Shown here: positions 12,701-26,900 of the stretch, piece by piece | How the letters are laid out: each line of letters begins with the position of its first letter | Position numbering within the stretch: the first letter of the stretch is position 1 | Source: Auanema rhodensis | Taxonomy: Eukaryota > Animalia > Nematoda | Direction of reading: 5' to 3' | DNA: 64,000 nucleotides | Assembly: GCA_964057225.1 (NCBI GenBank) | Contig: OZ059900.1 | Coordinates: forward strand, 6,076,001-6,140,000 | The notes under the pieces: generated by a model | The model's database searches: none | Told to the model about the DNA's origin: nothing | What the model saw: the letters and a program-made list of their open reading frames with translations, nothing else | Made by a program: the position numbers and the translations under genes

Positions 12701-15700
12701 CTTAATGTCAGCACTCTCAGATGGTGATTTATCATTGGCTGAAAAATTTATGTTTAGTATTAATAAATATCCTAAATTATATAAACATACTCTTATTTGC
12801 AGGAGGGAACGCTGCTGCTGTGTTTGAATCTCTCGACGGAGTTGAAAATGACTGAGCCAGCATATTAGTCAGAGGAACATTGTATCGATTTGATGAAACA
12901 TTTTGTTCTGCCATTTTTGATCCCGATAAAGCATTGATTATACTCAATATATAATTATAAACTAGTTCCGGTGACGAATGAGGTGGAAGCTGTGAACAGT
13001 TTGGTAACATGGATTCCGAAGGCTGTTGTTGTTGAATAGACGAGTTTTGTGTATTCTGACTATCCATGATTTGCTCTTGAAGCTTTTCATACGTTTTATG
13101 TTGGAAATTTGGAATACGTTCGTTTTGTAGTTTTGGATGTTGATGTAGACGTTGCTGCTCTTGCTGCCGTAACTGTTGCAACTGTTGTTGCTGCGATGGT
13201 TGAAGTTGTTGTTGCTGCTGTTGTAGTTGTTGTTGTTGCAATCGTAGTTGTTGCTGCTTCTGATGATGTTGTTGTAATCCAAAATTGATTTGCTGCTGAA
13301 TATGATCTGGTATTTTGAACGGCGTTAAGTGATTATTCTCTGAAAAATGTTGTATAGAATTAGCATAATGATGAATGTTCTTACCAATTGCACTATGTGT
13401 ACGCTTTAAACTACTGGAATGTCCGACTGTTGGTGGTGACATAACACTTCCATATGGAATACCAACATTAGTTCCGTGAGAACGGCCATTTGTTGTTTGC
13501 TGCATCAATCCAGTAGCAGCTGAACCAAAACCGGAAAAATTTCCTGTATTCATCTGCTTTGTGTTATGAGACAAAGGCAAAGATTCAACAGCAGGATGAT
13601 GTCGTACACCTAACGTCGAAACAGCAAGTCCACCAGATGGAGAACCATATCCGTTATTTCCACACGTGTTACTATTTGGTTGAATTGAACTTATAGAAGA
13701 TGGGCAAGCTTGACGAAATCCATTTACGCATGACCGCAAACCATTCTGATTGTGAACATTCCCTTGTCCAGGCAATACAGGTGGATTCATTAGTGAATTG
13801 AAGTTCATAGGACCTGCTGTATTTGGGGTATCGACAGAATTTGAGTTGTAGAACGGAGGTTGAGATTGTGAAACCTGTGGCTTATTGATTCCTATAGGAT
13901 TTTGATCAATAAGAGGAGATTGACGAAAGTTTGACTTTTGAGCATGATTAGATGTTTGTTGCATGAATGGTGTTACTGGCGTAGATATCGATATGGGTGG
14001 GTTGTTTTCTCGGAGCATTGGTGGAGAACATCCCATTGGCGTTGCCTGAGTATTCTGAATTGTACAGGACGTGTCATTAAACTGTGATGGTGTTGAAATA
14101 GGGATCGGTTGGTTCGATCCGCACTGTTGATTATTTGGTGATAGCAACTGCATAGTACTGTGTGGTAAAGGAAAACCAATGGAACTTTGATTGATTAAAA
14201 ACTGCTTTGCAGGCGGATTAGGAGGCTTTTGAATACCTATACCAGCCTGCATAACTGGAGATTGGGATTGATTTCCATTGGAAGGTTGGACCATTGTGTA
14301 GGATTTTGGAAATGAGTTAAGAATATCCTGTTGTGATATTTCCGAAGTTGTTCCATTGGATGTAGACTTTGGGCATCCTATTTGAGCTTGGCTCAATAGA
14401 GCAGCCATCATTTGAGATTGCTGAGTATTGTTAGGTGTTCGAGTTAGCATAGTAGATACGTTCAAAGATTGAGTATCTGTAGACTTTTGATCAGGGAAAC
14501 TCGTTGATACTGGACCGGTTTGTTGAACTTCAGCAGCTGACTGTCCAAGAATAGAACAAATCGAAAGTGCATTTTGTGGTTTCTGAACTTCTCCAGATGT
14601 CTTATTCAAGAAATTGCTTGTAGCAGCTGGTAGTCCGGTCGAACTTGATTTTTCTTTAGCAACTTGCATTGGCTGTGTTGACAGAGGCATGCTGCCATCA
14701 GATTGTACTTCACCAGATGTTTGAAGTATGGAAGGAAGGCCTAAAGTACTGTGCGCTGGTTTCATGTTGGATGTCTGTCCGAGTATGGACGAGATACCTA
14801 ACGGATTAGATGACTGGCCCAAAGTCGTAGGCTGCTGCGGCTGTCCAGGCTGTCCGGGCTGTCCGGGTACTCGAGAACTAGACGATGCAGATTGTGATGA
14901 TGGTCCAAATGCGCTGTGTTGTAAATTTAGTCCATTGGATGCAACACTCAATGCAGTTGTTTGGCTCATCGTTGTGGAAGATGGTACATACAGTGGAGAT
15001 GAAACAGATAGTCCAGGTGTGGTTGGTGGTAGCATTGCCTGTTGTCCAGAAATAGTATTTAAAAACGCCTGTTGATTTAAAGAAGTAACAAAAGGAGCAT
15101 TATATGGAGGTGGCGGAAATATAGAACTGGTGCTTGAGCAGGGATTGCGAATGGGAGGCGGTGTTGGAGAATAAAATCCATCCTGCTGTATCGGATTCTA
15201 AAATATCAAGGAATCAGTCTTAATCTTTTGGCTATCCATAAAAAAATACTTCCGCAAAGTAGGATTGTAATGGATTAGTGAACGTTTGAAATAACATAGA
15301 ATATGCTTACCCCGTCATCGTCTGTTTTCCTGGAAATAGTCTCAAAATGAACACTCGTTACAATCTTTTCATAATGCCAAGGATTAACGCATACATTCTA
15401 AAAGATAAAATGAATATTTGAAATACAAATAAGGATGAAACATACAGCTTCTTGTTTGTATTCGTAAGGGCATGAACACAGGGGTAGATTTTTTAATTCA
15501 TTCTTTTGAGCATGTGCATTTCGAAATATTCTTACATAAGTTACATGAGGAAATCCTTTTCGACCTGCCACCTATTAATTATATTGTTATTAATAAAATA
15601 TTAGAATACTATATAAATACCTGCAGCCGACCATCTAACGTTCGTATTATAGGAATACAAGGACTGGCATTAGTTCCATCTGACGCCACAGCCTGGATGA

Positions 15701-16621
15701 GCAGCTCCAAATCACTACGCTTATCTTTCAACTTTTTCACCAATGATTCACAGGCCTTTTTCGAAAATTCCGCGTCATCCACAGCCTATATACACATATA
15801 AATATACGATAGATCTTTCTAGTCATTCCTAATTTTTTCTTGCCCAACACTTCTTTTATTTCGGAACTGACCTTATTGAATAGCATCAACCAGCTAGAGA
15901 TAGTATGGCATGATTCATAAGCACTTGGAATTCTGGACTTTTCAATTGGCATATTTCTAGAGTTTCGTTTTCTAAATTTTCCACGACCGCCACGCGTCGA
16001 AACTACATTAGCAGAAGTGGATGGTCGAACTTGTGGGCTCACATCTAAGCCACTCCTCGGACTCGTCTCTGGTTTATCTTCGTCTGACGCTGTAAGTTAT
16101 TTTATTTACAAACATTAATGCATGCTATATACTATAGTAAATTTTTGAGAATCGTTTTTTTTTCTCAAACTTGATAATTACACCTATAGTTAGTTTGTTT
16201 ACGTTGTCTTTAAAAGCTTTTTTGTCAGATAAGCAAGGCTGGTCATTCTAGATAAGCGTGCCAATTTATGAGTTTGATAAAAATTATAGGATTTTGAACG
16301 TACTAATGCTCTAATCATTACTATATAAATATGTGTAGGTGACAGCCTTGTAAAATAAATTTTGCGTTCGTAAACTGAAGGTAATTTTATCGATTTGAAG
16401 TTAGTATTTTCATTTTTTGCAAGAAAAAAGCAATATATACATCAAGCAGCTGATTAAGAAAAGCCAAAAACTCAAACTTCAAAGAAAACAAATACAAATT
16501 TTTTCACAATTATCTTTTAAAAGTTCAGTATTTTGCGAATCGTACCTGCTTCATCATCACTAGTAACATGACTTTTATTCAACAGCTTTGTATCCGGTGG
16601 AGATAGTTCTTCATTGGACAT
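9797..16621 (-). CDS. Co-SMAD (SMAD4 class), DAF-3-like, ~1,650 aa, about 17 coding exons
   Basis: MH1: [50 protein letters not shown] (SMAD4-type VAGRKG hairpin, Zn ligands present). MH2: WAVFVYYE, YIDGG, NRFSLG, VFLNSPYLD, VHKIYPG, FSFVKGFGPGYP, AWIEVKL. Ends YDLPRF* with no SSxS motif. ATG at 16621 (frame stays open up to the acceptor, so further upstream exons are possible); stop at 9797-9799. Confidence 0.88.
13140..13280 (-). repeat. Coding poly-glutamine (CAA/CAG) low-complexity tract inside the SMAD linker
   Basis: tgt/tgc repeats on + encode QQHHQKQQQLRLQQQQLQQQQQQLQPSQQQQLQQLRQQEQQ. Confidence 0.85.
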
Positions 16622-16886
16622 CGTACACAACGATCGGCTATGCCGACTACGTGTCCTATAGTATTTTTTCTGAAAAAAAGATATTAATATAAAAGTAAGT
16701 CCAAACTAATAAGTTAAAAAAACTTTTAAAACGTAATACAATTTTAGAGCATAATATATGAAGTTGTCAATTCATTTCTTATTCAAAAATTCCTCAAAGT
16801 ACAAATTACAGCAGATGAACGAACTAGGTAAAATTTTAACAAAAAAATCTTATCACATTTTTTATCACAATTTAGCCATTTACTCT

Positions 16887-16922
16887 CAGACAACCCCAGA
16901 CACATAATAATGCAAGGCAGAC
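16887..16922. promoter_or_regulatory. Cluster of three CAGAC (Smad-binding element) motifs
   Basis: CAGAC at 16887, 16897 and 16918 in the same orientation, about 270-300 bp upstream of the SMAD ATG. Confidence 0.35.
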
Positions 16923-19900
16923 GTCCCTTGATTTAGAAAGAAAATAATGATATGATAAGAAAAGAAAATACGGATAAAATTATGCTAAACGTTTAGAAGA
17001 GGTCAGCCAATCAAAATATATTTATAAACTTTTAGTTTGAAAAAAATATATAATGTAAACAAGTTATTATTATCAGCAGATCGATTATTACAAGAAACGG
17101 TAGCCGCGATGCATACCTGTTGCGCGTCCCTCTGCAGAACGAATCAGCACAAAGGTCAACGCCAGGTATGAGCGGCAAATATGTTTTGATATGAAAAATA
17201 TGAATTTAGAGTTAAGGCTATTGTTGTTGTTTCCTGTACTACAAATAATTGCCGGCAGTAATGGCAACAGAAAAATGAAGTCAATGAACGGGCAATAAGC
17301 GAAGAATTGGATAATATTAAACAAATCTTGTAAATAATAAAAAGAAGGTGATGGTCAAAATGAAGGCATTTTTATGGTTCGAATTGTAACCTGTTCAATT
17401 AATCAGTTTTTTCTGTACCAGACATTCCTAGTCTCACTTATAAGAGTCAGCGTAGTTGTACAATCTGATAGTGTTTCCTACTGGAAAATAAAAATGCCTG
17501 ATAAGATAGCGGTGAATTTGACAGAACAGAAAACAAAACAAATAATATTATTAATTGTAATTGTTGATTTCAGAAATTTCATTTAGGGAAACTTTGAAGT
17601 ATTTCTCTGTTACGGAGGTTTTTCTTTGTAATTCACTTGTAACAGATCTTTTCACAAATTTTTCGATAAGATAGCAGGCTTGTAAAGGAAATTTATCGCG
17701 AAAACTATCACTAAATTCGCTTGATTATGAACAGATTTCAAAAAAAAACTAAAAAATGGACCTTTTCGATCTCGTACTATATAATAATATAAAGTGAATC
17801 ATAGACAATAGTTAAAATTAAATACTGAAGAAATCATAGTGCCTGGTAAGAAGAAAATAAGTTTGAATGTTTTTGACAATCTATTTAAAGCAAACTTATA
17901 ATAAAAGAAATAATTCTATAAAAAATAAAATATCTTACTTTACTAACTTGAACGTGTATCAAAATGTATGCAATAGTGTTTAATATCATCTCAAAGAGAA
18001 TTAAAGTTAAAAGTAATAGTGTGAAGTAAGAATTTCGTGCCAAAAAATTATTAGTGCAATGTTTATAAATGATAGCAAGTCATGAGAAAATAGGGTCATA
18101 GTTGGCAAAAACCAATCTAATGCAGTTGCACAGACTTTCTTGTGTAGTTTAATGATATCATGTCAGTAGCATCTAATGGCAGTAATGTAATAAGTTGTAA
18201 TGAGAAACGAATTCAGGACACTTGGTAGTTGTTCCAAAAATAAAAATAAAAAATATTAGGGAATTAACAAAAACAGTTAAATTGAATTTTTTTCGGAATT
18301 TTATTTGTAAAAAGCATGTCCAGCTAATTATAACAAAACGCAGAAAAGGACATAACGTAAAATGACAATGGAATGCGAGGATGTTACTTTGACCTCACAT
18401 GATTATTCGCAAATACATGTGTCCGTCAAATAAACACTGAGATTTCGTCCGGTTGAACTAAACAGCGGCCTACACATTCTTGGCTCAATTAAATTCTCCT
18501 TAAACAATGGATGATATCATGTAAAAAGCAAAACAAACAAAACTTTTCTCATCAAATTTAAATTATCTCACATCATCTTAGAAGTAGATATTTACTATTT
18601 GAATGGTTTCTACAAACAATGATTTATCACTACCTAATTTTGCAGACTTTTCCTTTATTCTCTTCATTGAAACAGTTTTGAAACAACGTGTTGCGGAGGA
18701 GGAAGCAGATAGAACAAAGTACAGCAACATTTTTACTCAAGAGCAAATGTACGAGTTGAGCAAATAACATCACATTTTAAACCAATTGAAACAGGGAAGA
18801 TTAAAAGAAAAATATTTGCAAGTTTGCTCATTGTTTTGTTTAAAAGCATTAGGTTGCAGTAAAGGTCATCGCTGATGCATCCGGTTTTATGATAAAAGCT
18901 GAGTACAAAATTTTGTCTTTGTAAAATTATTTTCTTGCAAAGAATGAAAAGGCGTACGAAACATATTCAATTCCATGGAACAAAAATGAAATTATAGTTC
19001 AAACTACATACAAAAGTACAAATAAATGTGAGAATGAGATTTTATAATGCTATAATATATGTCTGTGTGGATATAGATATAGATATAAGCTTTGGTTAAA
19101 TAAACAATAATTTGCGAACTATCGGAAAGGATCAACAAGAAAGGTTGAGTTGTCTTGAGATTTCGAATATTTTACGAATAAAGTTATTCGTGAAAATTCT
19201 CATAATACTGAACAAAGTGAAACATTCAGTTTTTTTTTGCAAATTTTAATAATATTCTTATCATAACAAAACTAGAAAATTTAGAAAATTTAAATAATTT
19301 ATTATTAAAAGTAAAAGAATGATAAAGCAGAATAAGAAAACATGAAAAGGATTGAATATATTCATTGTTTTTTTCTTTCTAATAATAGATAGGAACATGA
19401 CAAGTTAATAAAAAGATCTGTTGTTTTAGAAAACAAAGAACATAGTAGTCAAAGAAGAGCAAACAATGCTATTAAGTGACTTGATTAGTTTGTAGTTTGA
19501 TTCAGAGTTGTAATGTTAGAAGCTCCGAAAATAACAAATAAAAAGATATTTCATTTGTGATTAACTATCTTTGAAACTTGACCAGTTTATCACACATAGC
19601 TTAACAAAGACGTGTAAATCTTTGAAAAACGCATCAAAAACTCACAAAGCTATTTTGATGTCATGAACATTTGTTCGAATATAGCAATTTTTTTGAATAT
19701 CAGAAAAAACATTTTTTTTCAAAACTAGCTCAGCAAGAGTGGTGTCGAGGAGACTGCGACAACTATTCCGTAGCTACGTTGACAAACTCGGGTAAAGAAA
19801 AAGAGGGGAAGAGAGAGGAGGAAATAGGAAGATGAATAGAAAGAAAAAAATTGAGAGAGTAAAAAATTATATAGAGATAGACACAGACAAAGAGAAATAG

Positions 19901-20854
19901 ACCGAGAGAGAGAGAAAAACAGAAAAAGAGAGAGAGAACGCAGGCTAAAGCTGTTGTTCAGGAAAAAAATGTGATAGTATTGAAGTATAACTTAGAAAAG
20001 CTTGAAATAATTAGAAATAATAATCGTTAGAGTGCTTGTATTATAATTTGAATTTGATAGTGTAGACAATAAGTACAGCATGGAGATAGTGTGAGCAAAA
20101 ATCAGCAAAAATACACTTGAACCAGGAAGTTGATGCCTTAAAGGGCTTTTTTGGCGTTCTCTATTCATATAAAGGTGATTCTATAATAGACGACATTTCA
20201 TAGCTGTCCGTGTTCGTACTCTTGTACGTTCAAGCTTTTGATGTCTGCTACTACCCAGAAGCAGACAGACGTCTCGTTTATGCGTGTAAATACGGCTGTC
20301 ATTTAGCTAAATTGTAGGAAACATGTTAGAGACACTAAAGCAATGTGAGAGAATAACTAATGCCCAATGGTGATGTCAAATACAGAAGAACACTCAAAAA
20401 AAATCTGAAAACAGAATAAAACAGAATGTATAAATGGAAGCAAAAATTAGCGATTGCATTACATGTCCTTTTAGGTTAGTAAAGCTGAAAGATGATAGTG
20501 TAGTCATAAAAAAGTGAATCAGAATTTTGAACAAAGCGCAAACAAAACCTTGGATAGAGCATAACTCTTATAATATTTTAGAAAGCCAATTTCATGGAAT
20601 GAATCTTTCCGGTGGATTGTGGTAGAGGGTGCAAAGACGATTAAGATACGGAGATGAGATTAGTGCTCATGTTTAGAAAGCATGTCTGAGATTGATATGT
20701 GAGCTTGACCAAGAGATAATTCAGTTGCTTCCATTAATTGCACTGCAGACAATTTCGGTTTACTTGAAAGCATCTGAAGAGAAATAAGAGATATGCAAGA
20801 GAGAAATATACTACAACTAGTTAGCGATGCAGTTGAGATGAAAGAAAACATAAA

Positions 20855-20945
20855 TATGTATATGTGTATGTGTATATATATATACGTATATATATATATA
20901 TATACATATATTTATATTTATATTAATATATACATATAGATATAT
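20855..20945. repeat. TA/TG microsatellite-like tract
   Basis: Degenerate (TA)n/(TG)n run. Confidence 0.7.
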
Positions 20946-23900
20946 TATAAAAAATAATTTAAATATCAAACTATCGTCCAAATATGTTAGATTTCGAAAT
21001 CAATTTCTGGATATAGATATATATGTTCAGAAAACTAAGTAAATGACGAAATGGCTCAATGTGTTTGAGTATATATGAGATGCAAGACTAAAAAATGGAA
21101 TAAGTAAAATTTGCTAGCGAAAAGTAAGCAAGATATCTGGTCGATAACTATGAAAAAAACTGGCTCTCGATTTCTCATTAATTATAAATCTCGAGGCAGG
21201 CTATGCAAAATTATGTGTTAAGATTTCAACATGTTATTTGCAAACACTAAGAGAGCGGTAAATACAACATTGGCACATTTTCTTCTCAAGAGAATCAACC
21301 CATTCAAGGTTTTCTTGTGCAATATAACCAAAAACTAACTTACTAGCAGGATGTGTCCTCTCTTAACGCTCAAATACTGAAGGACAACTCAATTAACACT
21401 CGGCTATTTCAGTGCCAAACTGAGTTCTACATAGTTACGCATGGCTATTTGAAGTATTCGAACGGCTGATCGTTCTTTTGCTTAGACCGGCAGACCACCT
21501 GTTACACTATGCTGTCCATTAAAACAGTTGTGAGCGTTCATCATTTCCGGACAATGCTCTAACTAATTTTTTCTTATCAAATTGAAAAAGACACACTTAT
21601 ATTCTGGCGGTCTGAGTATGTCAGCTGTGCAGCAAAATCTTAATACTGGTGAACGGGTGTTAGTTTTTGTTTCTTGTTTGAACAGACAGATGTACCACAA
21701 AAAACGGATAGATGAAAAGAATCGGACATAATAGACACAATACTAGCTTCCGGCTTATCTGTATGACATCTAGAGTCATAGAACAATAAGTACAAAAAAG
21801 GAAAAGGAAAAAAGTGTGATTTGATAAAATGCACAAAAAAATCCATAATGATAGCTAATTTGCGGCAAATATTAGAGAAAGCGACCACAGCGATAGTTTT
21901 CCAGAATAATCAGTGTACTATGTTTAAAATTCCACGGATTTTATTTACTTTCATCAAACTAGTTTTTTTCAATTAGTTCTACATTGCTGTGATAATGATA
22001 CGATTCGAAAATCAACTGAAAAAACACTTTTTAATTTAATGAAAGATGGCAAAACGAATATTCGGTCAATATCCTAACTTTAGTTGCGGCATTATCATTC
22101 ATTTTTTTCAGTCAGGAACATGTATTAGAGTGGCACGCAATGTATTATTTTATAATACTTAGCGAGAAAGCCGGATTGCCACCAGGCTTGTCAAACTTTT
22201 TTGACAGATTATGTATTTGAAGTTTATAAAAACTTAAAACAGTATTTATAATAAATGTACATGATGATGTACTACGTATGAACTGTATAGTATTAGATAA
22301 AATAGAAAAGGAGAGAAATTATCAGAGAACAGACGCAAAATAAAAAAAATGTTAAAACAATTGGCTGTGTATTAGTTGAATGATCAGTGAAACGAAATGA
22401 AGGTATATACTATGAAACCTACGCTTTTTTTTTGTATGAATTTGTGTGAAAAGAACTTTAAGTTTTTTAGATTATAATTTTCTGAACTAACTACGCTATT
22501 CATCAGCAATGCAAGGTAGTTTCAACTAAACTGTTGATTGAGCGCTTGGAATCAAATCCAATACATAACTACACTATTTTATTGTTTTCCAGTGCAAAGA
22601 CGAGAAAAAGAGGGATAAGAGAATGTGGCAAAAAAATGTGTGAGAGCTATCAATGCTCATCTCAATTCTTAAACTTTTACTACACTCTTCTATATTATGT
22701 CAACTGCTTTTGAAATAATGTGATTCTACAAATGTCGGATCAAAAGCATCAAAGATTAATATGCAAGTAGCGATATTATTGTTCAAAAGGTGGAAGAGTG
22801 CAAAACAACTAGATTACACCAAAAATATACTTGAAAAAAAGAATATTTATTGCAAATATTAATGAAAATAATTGAAATTACCCAAACAAGTTATGTAAAG
22901 CTTAAGTTTTCCAAAAAAAAACTATTTGATTGTTGAGACCAATATAATCTCACCCAAAATAGTAAACATATCGATAGTTTTTTTGAAAATAAAAAGGGAT
23001 GCGCGCGAAGAGTAGTAAAGAGAGATCGAGAAAAAAGAGAGGAAGAGAGTGATAAACTGATAAAGAGAAAGAGAGAAAGTGAGAGAACAGACTTTATAAA
23101 GTAATTTTGAAATAAACTCGAAGAAAACAAGAAGTTTTGTTTTACTTATGTAATCAACATAATAAGTTTGTTTATGAGAAATAAACAAACACAAGTTCTG
23201 GAATTTCATTGAACGCGTTACCGATCTTTTAAGACCAAGATTTAATCTGTTGATCGACAAGGATAAAAAAAAGATTGTCAGCTGTTCTTTGAATTAGCAA
23301 AGTCAAAAGAGAGAAAAAAAGAGATAAAAAAGCTCATTGAAAGATATGAAAATGATATAAGATAATGTATATTTGAAAGCTGTTATAATATATTATACAC
23401 TGTGAATATTATGAATATATAGTTTAAAGATCTATAATACCCGAAAAGATAAAAATCTTTTCAAAGATTTTTTTCAAGAACACTTTCTCTATATTAATTT
23501 TTTTTATAAAAGATGATACAATGTATAGTTGAAGCAATTAACTATAATATAATAATAATAGTAATGATTTCTGTTTTATGTTCCTTCTGAAAATCTTGTG
23601 ATTTTATATAATTTACTATGAATAGATATGAGAAACATTCTATGCAATTTTAAAATCAAAACAATTTTAATTATAAAATTTTAATCATACTATACAATAT
23701 ATATATAAAATATTTTTAAAACAAAGAAAAATAGAAGAAATAATTTGTTTTTTTTTTCTTCTTGATCAAAATTTGTTTATTAAATGAATTGTAATTAACA
23801 ATCAGTTTTTCTTAAGACAGTATTAAGGTATAGCCAGCGTATTTCCCAAAAACCGGTTTTTGTATTTCTCAGACATACAATAGGGTCAAAACTGATACAG

Positions 23901-26900
23901 AATAATCTTGTCGATACATGTCTCGCCAGTGAGGGTCTATCCCGAAAAGGAATTAAAATTGGTTGGTGAACGATGTGAAGATCAGATTATTCATAGTTTA
24001 TGAGAAAAAAACGAAAATAAAATGAAATACTCAGAAAAAAAGCATTTTTTCAAATGTATTTTACTTATTTTGATTATGATAAAACATTTAGAATTCCATA
24101 ACATTACGTAATATGAAAAATGATTATCAACTACTTATTGAACTGAATATATCAACAAGAAGTAAGGTTATTACTGACGAAAAACAAAGGAATAACAGAT
24201 TTTGGGTGCACTAGAGATATGACTTTGAGAAATGTTAAGAATCATGATATAAGACAATACAATCAAAAAGAGAATTTAATGATCGGTCTTATAACAAACA
24301 ACACGACCACAAGCGGTGTTAACTGAAAAATCAGACATGTATGTATAGTTTGATCAGAGATCACAAAGTCTGATTTATTTCGTCTAGGCCTTCGAAACAA
24401 AAGGTTAGAAAATCTTTTACTCATTTAAAGAATTTTTTTTGTTCTATGAGATTGAAGATTGTAAATAAGGAGTGAATCTAGAAAGTATCATTCAACCGTT
24501 CAGTCTTTTTTCATTCTAATCCTTGAAAGAGGAATTTGATTCTCAAGATTATAGGTGAATACCGCTATATATCGTAAATTTGTCACAGTTCACCTAGTCA
24601 AGGACATGCTGTATACTTTAATCTTAATGAATAAGGAAGTAAACGCTTTTGAACATGATCAAGATATTTATTCCTCAATACATGATGTTCCATAACTATC
24701 GCTTTTCAATATAATATTAACTATATCATGAATTTGTATTGATTAATAAAAGTTTAACAATAAAAGTTGATTTGTTTGTCACAAAACACAGTGATAAGTG
24801 AAAATAAATAATATTGGACAACTCACATTGAAAAAGAAGACGAACAAGATAAAGAGAGAAAAAGAGAGGAAGAACGGGTAAAATACGTCGATTCAATATA
24901 AACCAAGAGAGTTCATAAGGTGAAAAAATGGAGAGTGTAATTGTCATTCTCATGTGATTAAACATTAGAAATAGTTTACAGAATATGCATTTATTTCGAT
25001 TATGTTTACCGGAAATTGTTGACGAAAACGCATGCATTCTACTGATAATCAAACGTTATAAAAGTTTTCAAGAATTGCTGAAACAGGAAATCAATCACAA
25101 TCAAATGGAAAAGTATAATCTCAGCAAGTTATCTAACCATTGAATGAAAAAAACCTTATAAAGTGTAACTAATGGCCAAAAAAAAATTAACGCAGTCTAA
25201 TAATGCAAATGATTGTTTCAAAAAATATATATATACCTTTATAATCTTTCAAAAACAAACATTAATTAATTTTTTTCTCGAATAATAAATCATAGTATGA
25301 GAGATAATTGATTAACTATATTTCAGTTTTAAGACTAAGACAAGAAATGAGAACAGTTTTTTCCAAGTTTTGCTTTTCAATTTCCAGAAAAATTAAGAAT
25401 AACACAATCGCATATTAAAATTATAATTATTTATAAAAGAATTATAATAAGAAGAAGAAATTGTTTACAGAAAACTTATTTGCAAATTAGAGAGATGCAT
25501 TTGAACTGTTGCATACTTCAGCCTTGACTTTGCATGCTAGTCGCTCAATCAGTTTCATCTGATTTTATATGTCAAGCAATTTGCTTCAAGACAGCTAGAA
25601 GAACAGGTCAATGCTTATATATAGATATCTGTTTTTTTCATTTCATGTTGCGGTATGTTGACATGAAACATATGATATTCTTTTTTTTTAAAGTTCGATT
25701 GAAATCAAATAATTAGTCAAATGTGTCCTCTTGATCAAGAGAAATTACATTTTTCAATTAATTCGCGAAAACGAAGCGGATATATAGGGTGCAGAATACA
25801 AAAAGAGAAATTTTTAGATTCAATCAAATCTATATATGTTGAAAAAGAATTATAATATCTTAAATCGGTTCAACACATATATTGATATGTTTGAATAAAA
25901 AATCAAGTGAAAGGATGATCCAAAAAGGAAAGTTAGTTATATATTTTATAGTTGAAGACAATGTCATAATTGATAACTATATGAAATATATATGCATGTA
26001 TATTCCTACATGGCTTGGTATGTTCAGAAATGGGTTTGTTGATTGATTGCTTCACATATCTTACACAAATCTACAACATCATCAGTTGGAAAAATATATT
26101 TTAAAACAGGCTGTAAATACTGAAATCTAATATTGGTATTGTACAAAAGCACTTAGATCTGGAAGATTCATTGATCATCAGCGGCGTTTCTTGTAGATAG
26201 ATAGCAAACGTGATGGTTTGTTGTTTTCTTGCTACTGACAGCATTATAGAGAAAACAAAGAAAGAGAGAGAAAACGTAGAGAACAAGAAAGAGATGGCGA
26301 ATTAAGGGGGTGAGTAGAAAATAAAGAAACAATTATGTTGAAAAACGAAAGGACTTTTGATAATTCTGAGAAAGAAAAAATATCATGAAGAGAATAAGGA
26401 AATTTAGGAGAGTAATGGAGTTATAGGAAGAAAATGCTCTTCGTCATTCATATGCATGTTAAAATAGCACTTACGTTGCTGATGATTCCTTGTTGAACGC
26501 TTCAATAATGAGTGATCGAAGAAGTTTTGCGATAAATGACGTGTTTATTGGATTATCAAAACAAATGAACAATTATTTGAGCTGGCACAACAGTTTCACA
26601 TACTGTGTTACAGCCATGAATTTATATATAGCTTTTGATAAAAAATGTTATAAAAAGAACACTTGAATGAACTTTACTTGAGCAGTAGTTATACGGAAAT
26701 AGAGTGCATATAGAAGAGAAAAGACAGTGTCAAAGTTCATTAGCAGTTTATGATGATGCGTCATTTTGCTTATTGATTCAAAATTTAATATTTTGTTAAA
26801 TACTCTCTTCTCTACTCATTCATTAATTTTTTTACTATTATTTAATGAATTTCTCTGTCTCATTTCACCTCCCACTCTGCCTTTTTTTTGATAAACACGA

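Noticed and set aside
14728-15075. Plus-strand Cys/Gly-rich ORF (CPGCPGCPG) and shifted-frame ORFs 12962-13282 and 13973-14179
   Set aside because: Antisense or alternative-frame shadows of the large SMAD linker exon.
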